Assembly (NCBI GenBank): GCA_041613315.1
Contig: JBFJHJ010000011.1
Span: 10,531 to 74,530 of the forward strand
From: Gemmatimonadales bacterium
GTDB lineage: Bacteria; Gemmatimonadota; Gemmatimonadetes; Gemmatimonadales; GWC2-71-9
Direction of reading: 5' to 3'
Length of the DNA: 64,000 nucleotides
Shown here: positions 1 to 10,364 of the stretch, piece after piece
Layout of the letters: each line of letters starts with the position of its first letter
How positions within the stretch are numbered: the first letter of the stretch is position 1
Notes under the pieces: model-generated
What the model was told of the DNA's origin: nothing
Seen by the model: the letters and a program-made list of their open reading frames with translations, nothing else
Database searches by the model: none
Made by a program: the position numbers and the translations under genes

Positions 1-823
1 CGACGATCGGCCGCGATCCCCAGGCGAACCGCCCGATGAGCCCCACCCCGCCCACGACCACCCCGGCCTCACCCCCCAGCACGAGACGGGAGCCCTCGTC
101 TTGCGGCCACTGCACCTCGAGCGTCGAGAGGAGTCGGAACTCCTCCTGGGGATCCACGTAGTTCATCGTGAACCCAAAACGGGTGAGCCGCGGCATGGTC
201 AGCGGCGACGACCCTTCCCAGTTGTCACTGACGTTCTGGACCGCAAACGCCAGCGCCATGATGTCGAACAGGGCGATCGCCACACCGATGTCCGCGGTGT
301 ACGCACGGCTGTCGGTGGCGCCCGCCCGGCGGCGTACGTGCTTGACGCTGGTGCCGAGGGCGATGAGGCCGAACCGATAGACCAGCGATCCTACCGCCAG
401 GAGCTCGTCGGCCTCGGGCGCCGCCGCTGGTCCGGCGTAGCGCGCGGGGTCGATCCCGAAGTCAAACCGCTGCAGCCCGACGCCGATGTCGAACTGGCGC
501 AGCCGCCAGGCCAACGCGCCCGTGGCCACCCACGCGTCACCAGGTGCCGCTCGGTACGCTCCCTCGAGCGCGACGTTTGCCAGTGTCGCGAGTCCGGCCG
601 GATTCGTGAAGACGGCGCCAGCATCCCCTACGAGCGCCACACCGGCGCCGTTCAGCGCCGCGCTCCGCACCGACGCTGGCTGGAACAGCACGAGAGGAAC
701 GAGGCGAGGAGTGGTCTGGGCCAGCGCGGTCCCGGGCGCGAGGGCGAGGGGGATCAGCGGGAGCGCGCACAGCGGCGCGTGGCGGCCCGCCCACCGGGCG
801 CGCCGCGCCTGCCCGTCGCTCAC
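1..823 (-). CDS. PorV/PorQ-like outer-membrane beta-barrel protein, 3' end runs off the window
   Basis: Manual translation from GTG at 823 gives a signal peptide (…PGTALAQ), then 'QPASVRSAALNGAGVALVGDAGAVFTNPAGLA' (a PorV/FadL-like N-terminal motif), then amphipathic strands. There is no stop before the window edge, so it is absent from the ORF track. Confidence 0.65.
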   Translation of the reverse strand, partial: MSDGQARRARWAGRHAPLCALPLIPLALAPGTALAQTTPRLVPLVLFQPASVRSAALNGAGVALVGDAGAVFTNPAGLATLANVALEGAYRAAPGDAWVATGALAWRLRQFDIGVGLQRFDFGIDPARYAGPAAAPEADELLAVGSLVYRFGLIALGTSVKHVRRRAGATDSRAYTADIGVAIALFDIMALAFAVQNVSDNWEGSSPLTMPRLTRFGFTMNYVDPQEEFRLLSTLEVQWPQDEGSRLVLGGEAGVVVGGVGLIGRFAWGSRPIV

Positions 824-830
824 GGGGGCC

Positions 831-3002
831 TCACTGGATGCGGAGCACGTTGAGCCGCGGCACCACCGTCGCGGTGATGGGCCCCCCGGCCCCGTCGTCG
901 AACGTCACCGTGAACCCGCGTTGGCCGGGACTCTGCAGGACCCGGAAATACGCCCCAGAGCCCGAGCGTAGGGTCCCGGTAGCCTCGAACGTTCCGCCCA
1001 TGAACGTCTGCGGCACGATCGGGAACGGGCGGTCGAACGTCGTCGGGTCTTGCTGATTGAGCGACTGATACGTGGTCCGGAAGCGCCAGGTCGCATAAGT
1101 GAGACGCGGGGGCGGGGTGAACCCCGGGAGGTCCGACACCCAGTTCGTGAGGAACCAGTCGGCCAGAAGCCGCGCGATCGGCTCGCCCGTCGCCGCCTCG
1201 ATGTTCTGCGCGCCGACGGTGCTCGTCTCCACGAGCCGTCGAGCCAGCGCGTCGCCCTTCTGGTCCACGAGCCACCGGAGGAAAAGCCAGACCGCGCCGC
1301 GCTCTTCGAGGCTGCCGGTGCCGTCGCCGAACACCACCCACTCCGGCTCGGGGTTCTTGAGATAGAGGAACGCGTTGAAGATGTCGTTGATCGCGAACCG
1401 CGAGAACCGTGTCTGATCGCCTTGGGCCTGGAAGTGGAGCGCCGCGAGCTCCTCGGCCAGGTGGGACAGGGCTTCGTTGAGCCACACGACCTCCGACCCG
1501 CCGGTCCGCGCCAGGACATGCTGGTTGTAGTTGATCATGTGCTGGTGCTCATGCACGAACGTGACGGGCACCAACCGCCGCACCCGGTCGGTCGCATGCG
1601 AGCACGTCACCGAACCGGTCGGGTCGGGGGTGATCGCATAGAAGACCTCGGCCTGGTTCGACCGGTTGTCGTTCGAGAAGCGCGAATCGACATCCAACGC
1701 AAAGAAGAAGCCGGTGATGAAGCTCTGGTCGCACTGTGCTTTCGGGGTGAGCCGGTTCACCACCGGCGTGAGCAGGATGCTCACCAGACCGTCCTGGTCG
1801 ACGTCCGACTCGGCGCCGAAGGCGCGGGCGTTCACCTCGTAGAGCTCCTCGTCGAACAACTTGCCCAGGTCCGTGAAGTCGGTTTGCGTAAAGCCACCGG
1901 TGGGCGCGGTCAGGTCCTGATAGATGACGGCGTGCCGGCCGACGTACTTCGCCTCCGCCGTGATCGAAGTGAAATCCTCGAGCTTGCTGCAGGTGACCAC
2001 GTTGCACACGCGGAAATTCCGCCGGTCCCCCACTTTGGTCGCCGCTGCGACGGCCTCGACGCGGGCCGCCCGGAGCGGACCGGGCGGCAATCGGCCGTAC
2101 TCGGCTTCGCGTTCCCGAAGAAAGGTGTGGAACCGGTCCGCCCACAACGGCGGCGCCGCCCGACGCTGCGGCGCAGGAATCATCGTCGTGAACGAGTCGC
2201 CCCGCAGCCGGTAGGCGCCGGAGGCGCCCGGCACGCCCGCTACCGACTGCGGGGTGAGGAGATATTCAACGGTCGAGACACCGGCGTCGGGGAACGTGGC
2301 GCAGTTATTGAGCTGCACCGGATCGAGCGAGACGTACTCGCCCACCCGCAGGGTGACGGGCCCGCCCGTCGCTTGAAACGTGCCCGTCACCATGCCGGAT
2401 TGCCACAGATCGGTGACCAGTCGGACGTTCACCGACCCGGGCACCAGGCAGCGCGGAACGATCGCCCGCAGCGTGTCCGCCGCGGCGGACACGCGCACCA
2501 CCGTCCCCAGCGCCCCTCCGATCTCGGGCCGAAGCGTGGTCGAGAGCCGGGCTCCCACCAGCGAGATCGTATCGCCGCCCTGGAAGGTGGACGGCACGAT
2601 CTCCGTGAAGAGCGGTGGGTCGAGCGCTCGCGCCGTGAACATCGCCATCACGCCGGTGTTGACCGCGAGCGCGGCACGAACCGCGTAGTCGCCAACCGCC
2701 GGCCCGAGCGTCAGCTCGACCTGCGCCTGCCCGGTGCCGTCGGCGAGGGTCACCGCGTCCGAGAGGACCGCCCCACTTCCCCCCGTCACCGTCCATTGCA
2801 CCCGAGCCCGCGGCACGATGGTCGCGTCTGCCGCTCGGGCGATCACCGCGAGCGGGAGGGAGAGGCGCCCGCCGGCGTAGCCTTCCTGGCCGTTCGTCGC
2901 GGCTACGACCTCGATGCTGGTGGGCATGGGCAGGTCGACGCCGCCGCCGCAGGCTTGAGACAAGACAGCCGTCGTCAGGACGAGGATGCACGTAGGACGC
3001 AA
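831..3002 (-). CDS. Lipoprotein zinc metallopeptidase (M30/hyicolysin-like) with N-terminal Ig/IPT-like domains
   Basis: Lipobox-like 'LSQAC' after a probable TTG start at 3002. HEHQH motif with a downstream 'WLNEALSHLAEE' third ligand. Big_1/IPT-like beta-rich N-terminus. Confidence 0.7.
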   Translation of the reverse strand: MRPTCILVLTTAVLSQACGGGVDLPMPTSIEVVAATNGQEGYAGGRLSLPLAVIARAADATIVPRARVQWTVTGGSGAVLSDAVTLADGTGQAQVELTLGPAVGDYAVRAALAVNTGVMAMFTARALDPPLFTEIVPSTFQGGDTISLVGARLSTTLRPEIGGALGTVVRVSAAADTLRAIVPRCLVPGSVNVRLVTDLWQSGMVTGTFQATGGPVTLRVGEYVSLDPVQLNNCATFPDAGVSTVEYLLTPQSVAGVPGASGAYRLRGDSFTTMIPAPQRRAAPPLWADRFHTFLREREAEYGRLPPGPLRAARVEAVAAATKVGDRRNFRVCNVVTCSKLEDFTSITAEAKYVGRHAVIYQDLTAPTGGFTQTDFTDLGKLFDEELYEVNARAFGAESDVDQDGLVSILLTPVVNRLTPKAQCDQSFITGFFFALDVDSRFSNDNRSNQAEVFYAITPDPTGSVTCSHATDRVRRLVPVTFVHEHQHMINYNQHVLARTGGSEVVWLNEALSHLAEELAALHFQAQGDQTRFSRFAINDIFNAFLYLKNPEPEWVVFGDGTGSLEERGAVWLFLRWLVDQKGDALARRLVETSTVGAQNIEAATGEPIARLLADWFLTNWVSDLPGFTPPPRLTYATWRFRTTYQSLNQQDPTTFDRPFPIVPQTFMGGTFEATGTLRSGSGAYFRVLQSPGQRGFTVTFDDGAGGPITATVVPRLNVLRIQ

Positions 3003-3119
3003 GGGATCCTCCTGGGGGTCGACTCGGCCGCGGAGCGCCGCGCAGCCGTTTACGGACGCCGGGAAGGCGGATTCACGTAAGCCCCGGCACCAGCGCAACA
3101 TACGGCAGCGGGCGCAGTT

Positions 3120-3149
3120 TTGACAATGCCTGACGCGGCGCGTTAGCTT
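3120..3149 (+). promoter_or_regulatory. sigma-70 promoter of the dnaE operon
   Basis: TTGACA-18 bp-TAGCTT, ending 14 bp before the dnaE ATG. Confidence 0.6.
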
Positions 3150-3163
3150 TCGACCTCACATCC

Positions 3164-6100
3164 ATGGCCTTCGTCCATCTCCACACGCACTCGGAATACT
3201 CGCTGCTTGACGGCGCCAACCGGATCCCGGACCTCGTGCGAAAGGTCGCCGAGCTGGGGATGGACAGCCTCGCCATCACCGACCACGGCAACCTGCACGC
3301 GGCCTGGCGATTTTATGAGGAGGCCCGCGCGGCGAAGATCCGCCCGATCTTGGGATTCGAGGCGTATCTCGCCTTCGGCCCGCGGCAGGAACTGGAACGG
3401 CCGCCGGACGCGCCCGCCAACTACTCCCACCTGGTGCTCCTCGCGCGCAACCGTACCGGGTACAAGAACCTGATCAAGCTCTCCTCGATCGGCTATCTCG
3501 AGGGGTATTACCGGCGGCCGCGGATCGATAAGACCGTGCTGGCCGAGCACGCCGGCGGCCTCGTGTGCCTGGCCGCGTGTCTCTCCGGTGAGATCGCCCT
3601 CTGGCTGCGCCACGGGAGCTACGAGCGCGCTCGTCGCTCGGCGGCGTGGTTCGCCCAGACGTTCGGGCCGAACGGATTCTGGCTGGAGGTGCAGGACCAC
3701 GGGATGGCGGACGAGAAGACCGTACAGGAGGGCATGTTCCGCTTGGCGGACGACCTCGGTCTGCCGGTCGTCGCGACCAACGACGCTCACTACCTCGAGC
3801 GCGCCGACCACCAGGCGCACGACTGCCTGCTCGCGATCGGCACCGGCAAGGACCTCGACGACCCCGGCCGGTTCCGCTTCTACGGCTCCGAGAGCTACGT
3901 GAAATCGGAAGCCGAGATGGCCACGTTGTTTCCGGGCCGCCCCGACGTCCTGGAGCAGACCCAGCGCGTGGCGGAGTTGTGCGAGTTCGAGTTCGAGAAA
4001 CGGTACTTCCTCCCGGAGTTCCCGCGGCCCGACGGCTACGCGTCCGATAACGACCTCGTGATCGAGTTGGCCACGCGCGGGGCGCGGGCCCGCTACGGAT
4101 CCACCCTGTCGCCGGCGGTGCAGGAACGGCTCGACTACGAGCTGGGCGTCATCACGAAGACGGGCTACGCCGGGTACTTCCTGATCGTCCAGGACTTCAT
4201 CAACGCGGCGCGGGAGCGGGAGATCCCGGTCGGCCCGGGACGCGGCTCCGCCGCGGGCTCCCTCGTCGCCTACGCGCTCGGCATCACGAACGTGGATCCG
4301 CTGCGGTTCGACCTGCTGTTCGAGCGGTTCCTGAACCCCGAGCGCGTGTCGATGCCGGACATCGACGTGGATTTTTGCTTCGAGCGGCGCGGGGAAGTCA
4401 TCGAGTATGTGCGGGAGCGCTACGGTCGGACGAGCGTCGGGCAGATCATCACGTTCGGGACGCTCAAGGCCCGGGCGGCGGTGCGCGACATCGCGCGGGT
4501 CCTCAGAGTGAGCCTGGCCGATGCCGACCGGATCGCGAAGCTCATCCCGTCGGGGCCCGGCTACCACCTGCCGCTCGCGGAGGCGGTCGAACGGGTGCCC
4601 GAGTTAGCGCACCTCGTCGCCGGGGACGCCACGATGGAGCGGCTGGTCGATCTGGCGCAGCGAATCGAGGGACTTTCGCGCCATGCGTCGGTCCACGCCG
4701 CCGGGATCGTGATCGCCCCGGGCCCGCTCGACGAATACGTGCCGGTGTGCACGCCACCGCAGCGCGGCAGCACCGCCGGCCAGAACGGCGACGAGGCGAT
4801 CATCACCCAGTACGACATGATCGGCCTGGAGCAGGTCGGCATGTTGAAGATGGATTTCCTGGGGCTCAAGACCCTGACGGTCATCCACGACGCCCTCACG
4901 ATGATCCGCCTGCGCCACGCCACGACGGTGGACCTCGATGAGCTCAACCTGGACGACCCCGCGGTCTACGAGCTGCTCCGCGCGGGACGCACCGCAGGCG
5001 TGTTCCAGTTCGAGTCGCCGCTCGCGACCGACATGTTGCGTCAGCTCCGCGTCGACCGCTTCGACGACCTCGTGGCCACCAACGCGCTGGTGCGACCTGG
5101 GCCGCTCGATTCCGGCATGCACCAGGTCTACACCAGGCGGAAGCGCGGCGAGGAGACGGTCCGTTACCCGCACGCTGACCTGCAGGAGATCCTCGAGCCG
5201 ACCTACGGCGTGATCCTCTACCAGGAACAGGTGATGCGGATCGCCAACGTCCTGGCGGGCTTCACGCTGGCGGAAGCGGACGTACTGCGCAAAGCCGTTG
5301 GGAAGAAAGACCAGGAGCTCATCGAGCAGGAGCTGGAGCGGTTCGCGGGTCGCGCGGCGGCACGAGGGTACGACCGGCGGTTGGTCGAGGACATCGTCTC
5401 GCAGATCAAGACGTTCGGGCGGTATGGGTTCAACAAGTCGCACTCCGTCGCCTACAGCCTGCTCTCGCTCCAGACGGCATGGCTCAAGGCGCATTTCCCG
5501 GCCGAGTTCATGGCGGCGCTGCTCTCGTCCGAAATCGGCGACACCGACAAGGTGGTGGCTTATATCAACGAAGCGCGGGAGCTGGGCATCGAAGTGCTGC
5601 CGCCCTCGGTGAGCGAGTCGGGGTGGAAGTTCACGGTCATCGGGGATCGCCAGATCCGCTTCGGCCTCGGCGCCGTGCGGCACGTCGGGCGCGGCGCCAT
5701 CGAGTCAATCATCGCCGGCCGCGGCTCGGACCCCTACCGCTCGCTGTCGGACTTCTGCGAGCGGATCGACCTCCGCCTCTGCAACAAGCGCGTGTTGGAG
5801 GCCCTGATCGCCGCTGGCGCCGTGGACCAGTTTGGCCACCGTGCCCAGCTCATGGCGGGGTTGGAATCCGCGCTGGGCGAGGGGCAGCTGCGCCAATCCG
5901 AGCGCGCGGCGGGCCAGGGCTCGCTGTTCGGCGAGCTGCCGGCGGCCGCCTCTCCGGCCGCGCCCGCAGGTCCGCCGGACGTTCCGCCCTGGACGGAGGC
6001 GGAACGCCTCGCCAAAGAGAAGGAGGTCATCGGGTTCTTCATCTCCGGCCACCCGCTGGAGCGGTTCCGCGCCGAAGTGCAGCTGTTCGGGACCCGGACG

Positions 6101-6646
6101 TCGGCGACCTTGGGCACGTGGAGCGAGCACCAGGTGGCGGCGGCCGTGGTGGTGACCGCCGTGAAGCGGCGGATCAGCAAGAAGACCGGCGCGGAGTACG
6201 CCCGGCTGACGCTGGAGGACTTCCATGGAACGGCGGACGCCATCGTCTTCCCGGACGCGTGGAGCAAGCTGTCGCAGGTGATCGTGCCCGACGCGGCCCT
6301 GCTCTTGACGGGCAGCTACAGCGCGCGAGACCGGGGGGAGGACCGAGCGCCGTTCATCGTCGAGGATGCCCGGCCGTTGGAGGCGCTCCGGCGCTCCGGC
6401 GCCATCGGGGTGGCGCTCGAGCTGCACGCGGGCGCTGAGGCGGACGCCGACGTGGCGCAGGCCCTCCGCGCGCTGTGCGCCGCGCACCCGGGACCGGCCC
6501 CGGTCTACGTCCATTGGAGCGACGGGAACGGCACGACCGCCGCCTTGCGCGCTCGCGCGGTCCGCGTCACGCTGGATGAGGAGTTTCTGGACGCCTTGCG
6601 CGAGTTGATGGGCGCCGAACGGGTCCGCCTGGTCCGGGCTCGATAA
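3164..6646 (+). CDS. dnaE: DNA polymerase III alpha subunit
   Basis: PHP domain HLHTHSEYSLLDG, GPGRGSAAGS, MPDIDVDF, YGFNKSH and a C-terminal OB fold; 1160 aa. Confidence 0.98.
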   Translation: MAFVHLHTHSEYSLLDGANRIPDLVRKVAELGMDSLAITDHGNLHAAWRFYEEARAAKIRPILGFEAYLAFGPRQELERPPDAPANYSHLVLLARNRTGYKNLIKLSSIGYLEGYYRRPRIDKTVLAEHAGGLVCLAACLSGEIALWLRHGSYERARRSAAWFAQTFGPNGFWLEVQDHGMADEKTVQEGMFRLADDLGLPVVATNDAHYLERADHQAHDCLLAIGTGKDLDDPGRFRFYGSESYVKSEAEMATLFPGRPDVLEQTQRVAELCEFEFEKRYFLPEFPRPDGYASDNDLVIELATRGARARYGSTLSPAVQERLDYELGVITKTGYAGYFLIVQDFINAAREREIPVGPGRGSAAGSLVAYALGITNVDPLRFDLLFERFLNPERVSMPDIDVDFCFERRGEVIEYVRERYGRTSVGQIITFGTLKARAAVRDIARVLRVSLADADRIAKLIPSGPGYHLPLAEAVERVPELAHLVAGDATMERLVDLAQRIEGLSRHASVHAAGIVIAPGPLDEYVPVCTPPQRGSTAGQNGDEAIITQYDMIGLEQVGMLKMDFLGLKTLTVIHDALTMIRLRHATTVDLDELNLDDPAVYELLRAGRTAGVFQFESPLATDMLRQLRVDRFDDLVATNALVRPGPLDSGMHQVYTRRKRGEETVRYPHADLQEILEPTYGVILYQEQVMRIANVLAGFTLAEADVLRKAVGKKDQELIEQELERFAGRAAARGYDRRLVEDIVSQIKTFGRYGFNKSHSVAYSLLSLQTAWLKAHFPAEFMAALLSSEIGDTDKVVAYINEARELGIEVLPPSVSESGWKFTVIGDRQIRFGLGAVRHVGRGAIESIIAGRGSDPYRSLSDFCERIDLRLCNKRVLEALIAAGAVDQFGHRAQLMAGLESALGEGQLRQSERAAGQGSLFGELPAAASPAAPAGPPDVPPWTEAERLAKEKEVIGFFISGHPLERFRAEVQLFGTRTSATLGTWSEHQVAAAVVVTAVKRRISKKTGAEYARLTLEDFHGTADAIVFPDAWSKLSQVIVPDAALLLTGSYSARDRGEDRAPFIVEDARPLEALRRSGAIGVALELHAGAEADADVAQALRALCAAHPGPAPVYVHWSDGNGTTAALRARAVRVTLDEEFLDALRELMGAERVRLVRAR

Positions 6647-6659
6647 CGCGGGAGACACG

Positions 6660-7631
6660 GTGACCGCCACCTCCAACCTGGACTTCGAGAAGCCGATCGT
6701 AGAGCTCGAACGGCAGATCGCGCACCTCAAGCGGCTCGCGACCGACCGGCGCCTGGATGTGCAGCAGGAGATCGCACCGCTGGAATCGCGACTCGCTGAC
6801 CTGCGGCGGGAGATCTACCACCGCCTCACGCCGATGCAGCGGGTCCAGGTGGCGCGTCACCCCAAGCGACCGTACGCCCTGGACTACGTTCGGTACGCCT
6901 TCACTGATTTCATCGAGCTGAAAGGGGACCGGTTGTACCGCGACGACCCGGCCATCGTCGCGGGCTGGGCTCGCCTGCGCGAGCGCCCGGTCGTGGTCAT
7001 CGGCCAACAGAAGGGCCGCGACACCAAGGAGAACCTGCGGCGCAACTTCGGCATGCCCCATCCGGAAGGGTACCGCAAGGCCCTCCGATTCATGCACCTG
7101 GCCGAGCGGTTCGGCGCACCGGTCATCACGTTGATCGACACCCCCGGCGCCTATCCGGGCCTCGGTGCCGAAGAGCGGGGGCAAGCTGAGGCCATTGCAC
7201 GGAACCTCGAAGAGATGGCCGTCCTGGAGACCCCCCTCGTCGCCGCCGTGATCGGCGAGGGTGGATCGGGCGGCGCGCTGGCCCTGGGGCTCGCCGACCG
7301 GGTCCTCATGCTCGAGAACGCCATCTACTCCGTGATCTCGCCCGAGGGGTGCGCCGCGATTCTGTGGAAGGACGCGAGTCAGAAGGAGCGGGCGGCAGAG
7401 GCACTCAAGCTGACCGCGGACGATCTCCACGCCCTGGGCGTCGCGGACGAGATCATTCCCGAGCCGCCGGGCGGTGCCCATGCCGATCCCGAGGGCGCGG
7501 CGGAGGCGCTGGGCGATTCGCTGGCGCGGCACGTGGCGGACCTCGCCGCGCTCGACGCCGAGGAGCTGGTCCGGCAGCGGGCGAACAAATACCGGGCGAT
7601 GGGCAAGTTCGTGGAGGGCCGCGGTGCCTGA
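6660..7631 (+). CDS. accA: Acetyl-CoA carboxylase carboxyltransferase alpha subunit
   Basis: LDFEKPI, RNFGMPHPEGYRKA, IDTPGAYPG, GEGGSGGAL; conserved dnaE-accA order. Confidence 0.97.
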   Translation: MTATSNLDFEKPIVELERQIAHLKRLATDRRLDVQQEIAPLESRLADLRREIYHRLTPMQRVQVARHPKRPYALDYVRYAFTDFIELKGDRLYRDDPAIVAGWARLRERPVVVIGQQKGRDTKENLRRNFGMPHPEGYRKALRFMHLAERFGAPVITLIDTPGAYPGLGAEERGQAEAIARNLEEMAVLETPLVAAVIGEGGSGGALALGLADRVLMLENAIYSVISPEGCAAILWKDASQKERAAEALKLTADDLHALGVADEIIPEPPGGAHADPEGAAEALGDSLARHVADLAALDAEELVRQRANKYRAMGKFVEGRGA

Positions 7632-8688
7632 CGTCGTCGAAGTCCGGTTCAAGGGCAACCGCACCGGTTTCTACACCTGGGCCGCCGACGCCCCACTCGC
7701 GGTGGGCGACGCCGTGGTCGTCGAGGTCGAGCGGGGCCGGGACCTGGGGCGGGTCTCGGCGGTCGGCGAGACGGCGCAACGGAAGTGCGGGGTCGGATGC
7801 CACGGCTGCGCGATCGCCGCGCCCAAAGAGGTCGGGGGGAAGATCCTGCACAGCGCCTCGACCGAGGACACCCACCTGAGCGACGAGCTCCGCAAAGCGG
7901 AGGACGACGTGCGCCGCAAGGTGATGGAGCGGGTGCGCGCGCACGGGCTTCCGATGAAGGTCTCGGACGCCGAGTGGCAGTGGGACCGCAAGAAGTTGAC
8001 GGTGTTCTTCACGGCCGAGCGGCGCGTCGATTTTCGCGCCCTGGTCCGCGACCTCGCAGCGCTGTTCCGGACACGGATCGAGCTGCGGCAGATCGGCGCG
8101 CGGGACGAAGCGAAGCGCCTGGATGGCGTGGGGCGGTGCGGCCGCCAGTACTGCTGCTCGTCGTGGTTACCGGAGCTGCGGCCCGTGAGCCTCTCGCTGG
8201 CCAAGGACCAGCGGCTTTCACTCAACCCGGCGCAGATCTCGGGTGGCTGCGGTCGGCTGCTCTGTTGCCTGCGCTACGAGCATGAGTTCTACGTGACCAG
8301 CCGGAAGCGATTCCCGAAAGAGGGCCGCGTCGTCACGACCCCACGGGGACACGAGTCAGTGCAGGCGGTGGACATCTTCCGTGATCGGGTGCTCCTGCGA
8401 GCCGAGGACGGGACGACGCGCACGCTGGCGCTGGCCGACCTCAAGCGGGACGTGGCGGCCGGGGGCGGCGATGGCGAGGTTCGAGAACCTGCGCGGCCTC
8501 CGTCTGGGCTGGTCACGTTCGACGAGGGCGAGGCCACCGTCACGACCGAACAGGCCGTGGACGCGGTGAGCCCCGGGAAACGGCGGCGACGGCGCGGCCG
8601 GCGCGGTCGGGCGCGGCGGCGCGAGCGGGACCGCGGCGCGCGGGACAGCGACGCGCCCGACACCGACGCGCCTGGCGATGAAAGATAG
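7624..8688 (+). CDS. ricT: PSP1-domain Fe-S protein (RicT/YaaT-like)
   Basis: RVDFRALVRDLA, TRIELRQIGARDEAK, GRCGRQYCC, ISGGCGRLLCCLRYE. The GTG start at 7624 overlaps the end of accA. Confidence 0.88.
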   Translation: MPDVVEVRFKGNRTGFYTWAADAPLAVGDAVVVEVERGRDLGRVSAVGETAQRKCGVGCHGCAIAAPKEVGGKILHSASTEDTHLSDELRKAEDDVRRKVMERVRAHGLPMKVSDAEWQWDRKKLTVFFTAERRVDFRALVRDLAALFRTRIELRQIGARDEAKRLDGVGRCGRQYCCSSWLPELRPVSLSLAKDQRLSLNPAQISGGCGRLLCCLRYEHEFYVTSRKRFPKEGRVVTTPRGHESVQAVDIFRDRVLLRAEDGTTRTLALADLKRDVAAGGGDGEVREPARPPSGLVTFDEGEATVTTEQAVDAVSPGKRRRRRGRRGRARRRERDRGARDSDAPDTDAPGDER

Positions 8689-10204
8689 CTTCTACATCAC
8701 CACCGCCATCGACTACTCGAACGGCGAGCCGCACCTCGGGCACGCCTACGAGAAGATCGGGGCCGACTGCGTCGCTCGGTACCGCCGGCTCCGCGGCCAG
8801 CGCGTGCGCTTCCTCATGGGGATGGACGAGCACGGGCAGAACGTCGCACAAGCCGCGGAAGCGGCGGGGACCGACCCCCAAACGTGGGTGGACCGGATCG
8901 CCGCTAAGTTCGAGGCGGCCTGGGCCGACCTCTACATCAGTCACGACGACTTCATTCGCACCACCGAGGACCGTCACACGACCGCCGTCCAGGAGCTGCT
9001 GCGCCGCATCCAGTCGGCCGGCCATATCTCCGAAGGCGTCTACGGCGGCTACTACTGCATCGGATGCGAGGCTTTCAAGGTCGAGAAAGATCTCCACGAC
9101 GGCGTCTGTCCGCTCCACCCCACACGGCAGATCACCTGGGTCGAGGAACCCAACTACTTCTTTGAGCTGGGCCGGTTCCGCCAGGCGCTGCTGGACCACT
9201 ACGAGGCGCATCCTGAGTTCGTCCAGCCCCAGGCCAAGCTCAATGAGGTCCGCAACGTCGTCAGGGACTGGACCGACGATCACCGCATGTCGGTCAGCCG
9301 GTCGCGGGTTCCCTGGGGAATCCCCTGGCCGAGCGATCCGAGCCACACCGTGTACGTGTGGTTCGACGCGGTGATCAACTACTTGTCCGCGACCGGGTTT
9401 CCGGCGCCTGGCTATGAAGCGCGCTGGCCTGCCGACGTCCACGTCATCGGTCCGGACATCGTGCGGTTCCATGCCGCCATGTGGCCGGCGATGCTCATGG
9501 CCGCGCAGCTCCCCGTCCCGCGCCGGGTGTGGTGCCACGGATGGATCAACACGCAGGGTGCGCGGTTCTCCAAGTCCGCCGGCGTGTCGGTGACGCTCCA
9601 CGATATCATCGAGCGGCACGGGCCCGACGCCCTCCGCTACTTCGTCCTCCGCGAAGTGCCGTGGCACGGCGATGGCGATTTCACCTGGGAGCGGTTCGAC
9701 GCCCGCTATACGGCGGACCTGGCCGACGGCTATGGCAACTTGGTCAGTCGGGTGATCGCCATGATCAGTCGCTACCGCGGCGGCACGACGCCTGACGCGG
9801 GCGAGACCGCGCTCGACCGCGCCGCGAACGACATCGTGGCGACGTACGCCGACGTCATGGACCGCCATCTCCTCCACGACGGGGCGGACGCAGCCTGGCG
9901 GCTGGTGGACCACGCCAATGGCTTCGTCGAGCAGTCCGCTCCATGGCAGCTGGCGAAAGACGGACGGGACGACGAGCTGGATCGGTGCCTCGGTGCACTG
10001 GCACGCGCGGTCGCCCGGATCACACTCCTCGCCTCGCCCTACCTTCCCACGAAGACGCAAGCAGTGTGGGAGGCGCTCGGGCTGGACGGAAATGTGACGG
10101 AGCACACATGGCCGGCCGTCGAGCGACCCCCGACGGCGGGCCGAAGGGTGCGAAAAGTTCCACCGCTGTTCCCGAAACCGGCGCAGAAGGCCGTAAACGC
10201 TTGA
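8678..10204 (+). CDS. metG: Methionine--tRNA ligase (short form without the C-terminal dimerisation domain)
   Basis: YITTAIDYSNGEPHLGHAY, GMDEHG, single knuckle CIGC…CPLH, YVWFDA, and a KMSKS variant RFSKS. Confidence 0.95.
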   Translation: MKDSFYITTAIDYSNGEPHLGHAYEKIGADCVARYRRLRGQRVRFLMGMDEHGQNVAQAAEAAGTDPQTWVDRIAAKFEAAWADLYISHDDFIRTTEDRHTTAVQELLRRIQSAGHISEGVYGGYYCIGCEAFKVEKDLHDGVCPLHPTRQITWVEEPNYFFELGRFRQALLDHYEAHPEFVQPQAKLNEVRNVVRDWTDDHRMSVSRSRVPWGIPWPSDPSHTVYVWFDAVINYLSATGFPAPGYEARWPADVHVIGPDIVRFHAAMWPAMLMAAQLPVPRRVWCHGWINTQGARFSKSAGVSVTLHDIIERHGPDALRYFVLREVPWHGDGDFTWERFDARYTADLADGYGNLVSRVIAMISRYRGGTTPDAGETALDRAANDIVATYADVMDRHLLHDGADAAWRLVDHANGFVEQSAPWQLAKDGRDDELDRCLGALARAVARITLLASPYLPTKTQAVWEALGLDGNVTEHTWPAVERPPTAGRRVRKVPPLFPKPAQKAVNA

Positions 10205-10238
10205 TAGACAAGAGGTTAAAAATTTGTGACGTACTTGG

Positions 10239-10268
10239 TTGACACCCCCTTGCCCAGGCGTCTAACTT
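10239..10268 (+). promoter_or_regulatory. sigma-70 promoter upstream of the M23 peptidase gene
   Basis: TTGACA-18 bp-TAACTT. Confidence 0.6.
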
Positions 10269-10364
10269 CATCGCGCCCGTCCCCTCAGGCGCCCGGCGGT
10301 AACTGCCTGGCGCGCCTCTGGGATTACGTCTGTCGTGCGCATGCCAGCATGAGGATCCCTCTCG

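Noticed and set aside
3164..6646. Intein or split in dnaE
   Set aside because: Normal length, continuous motifs and no intein-like insertion.
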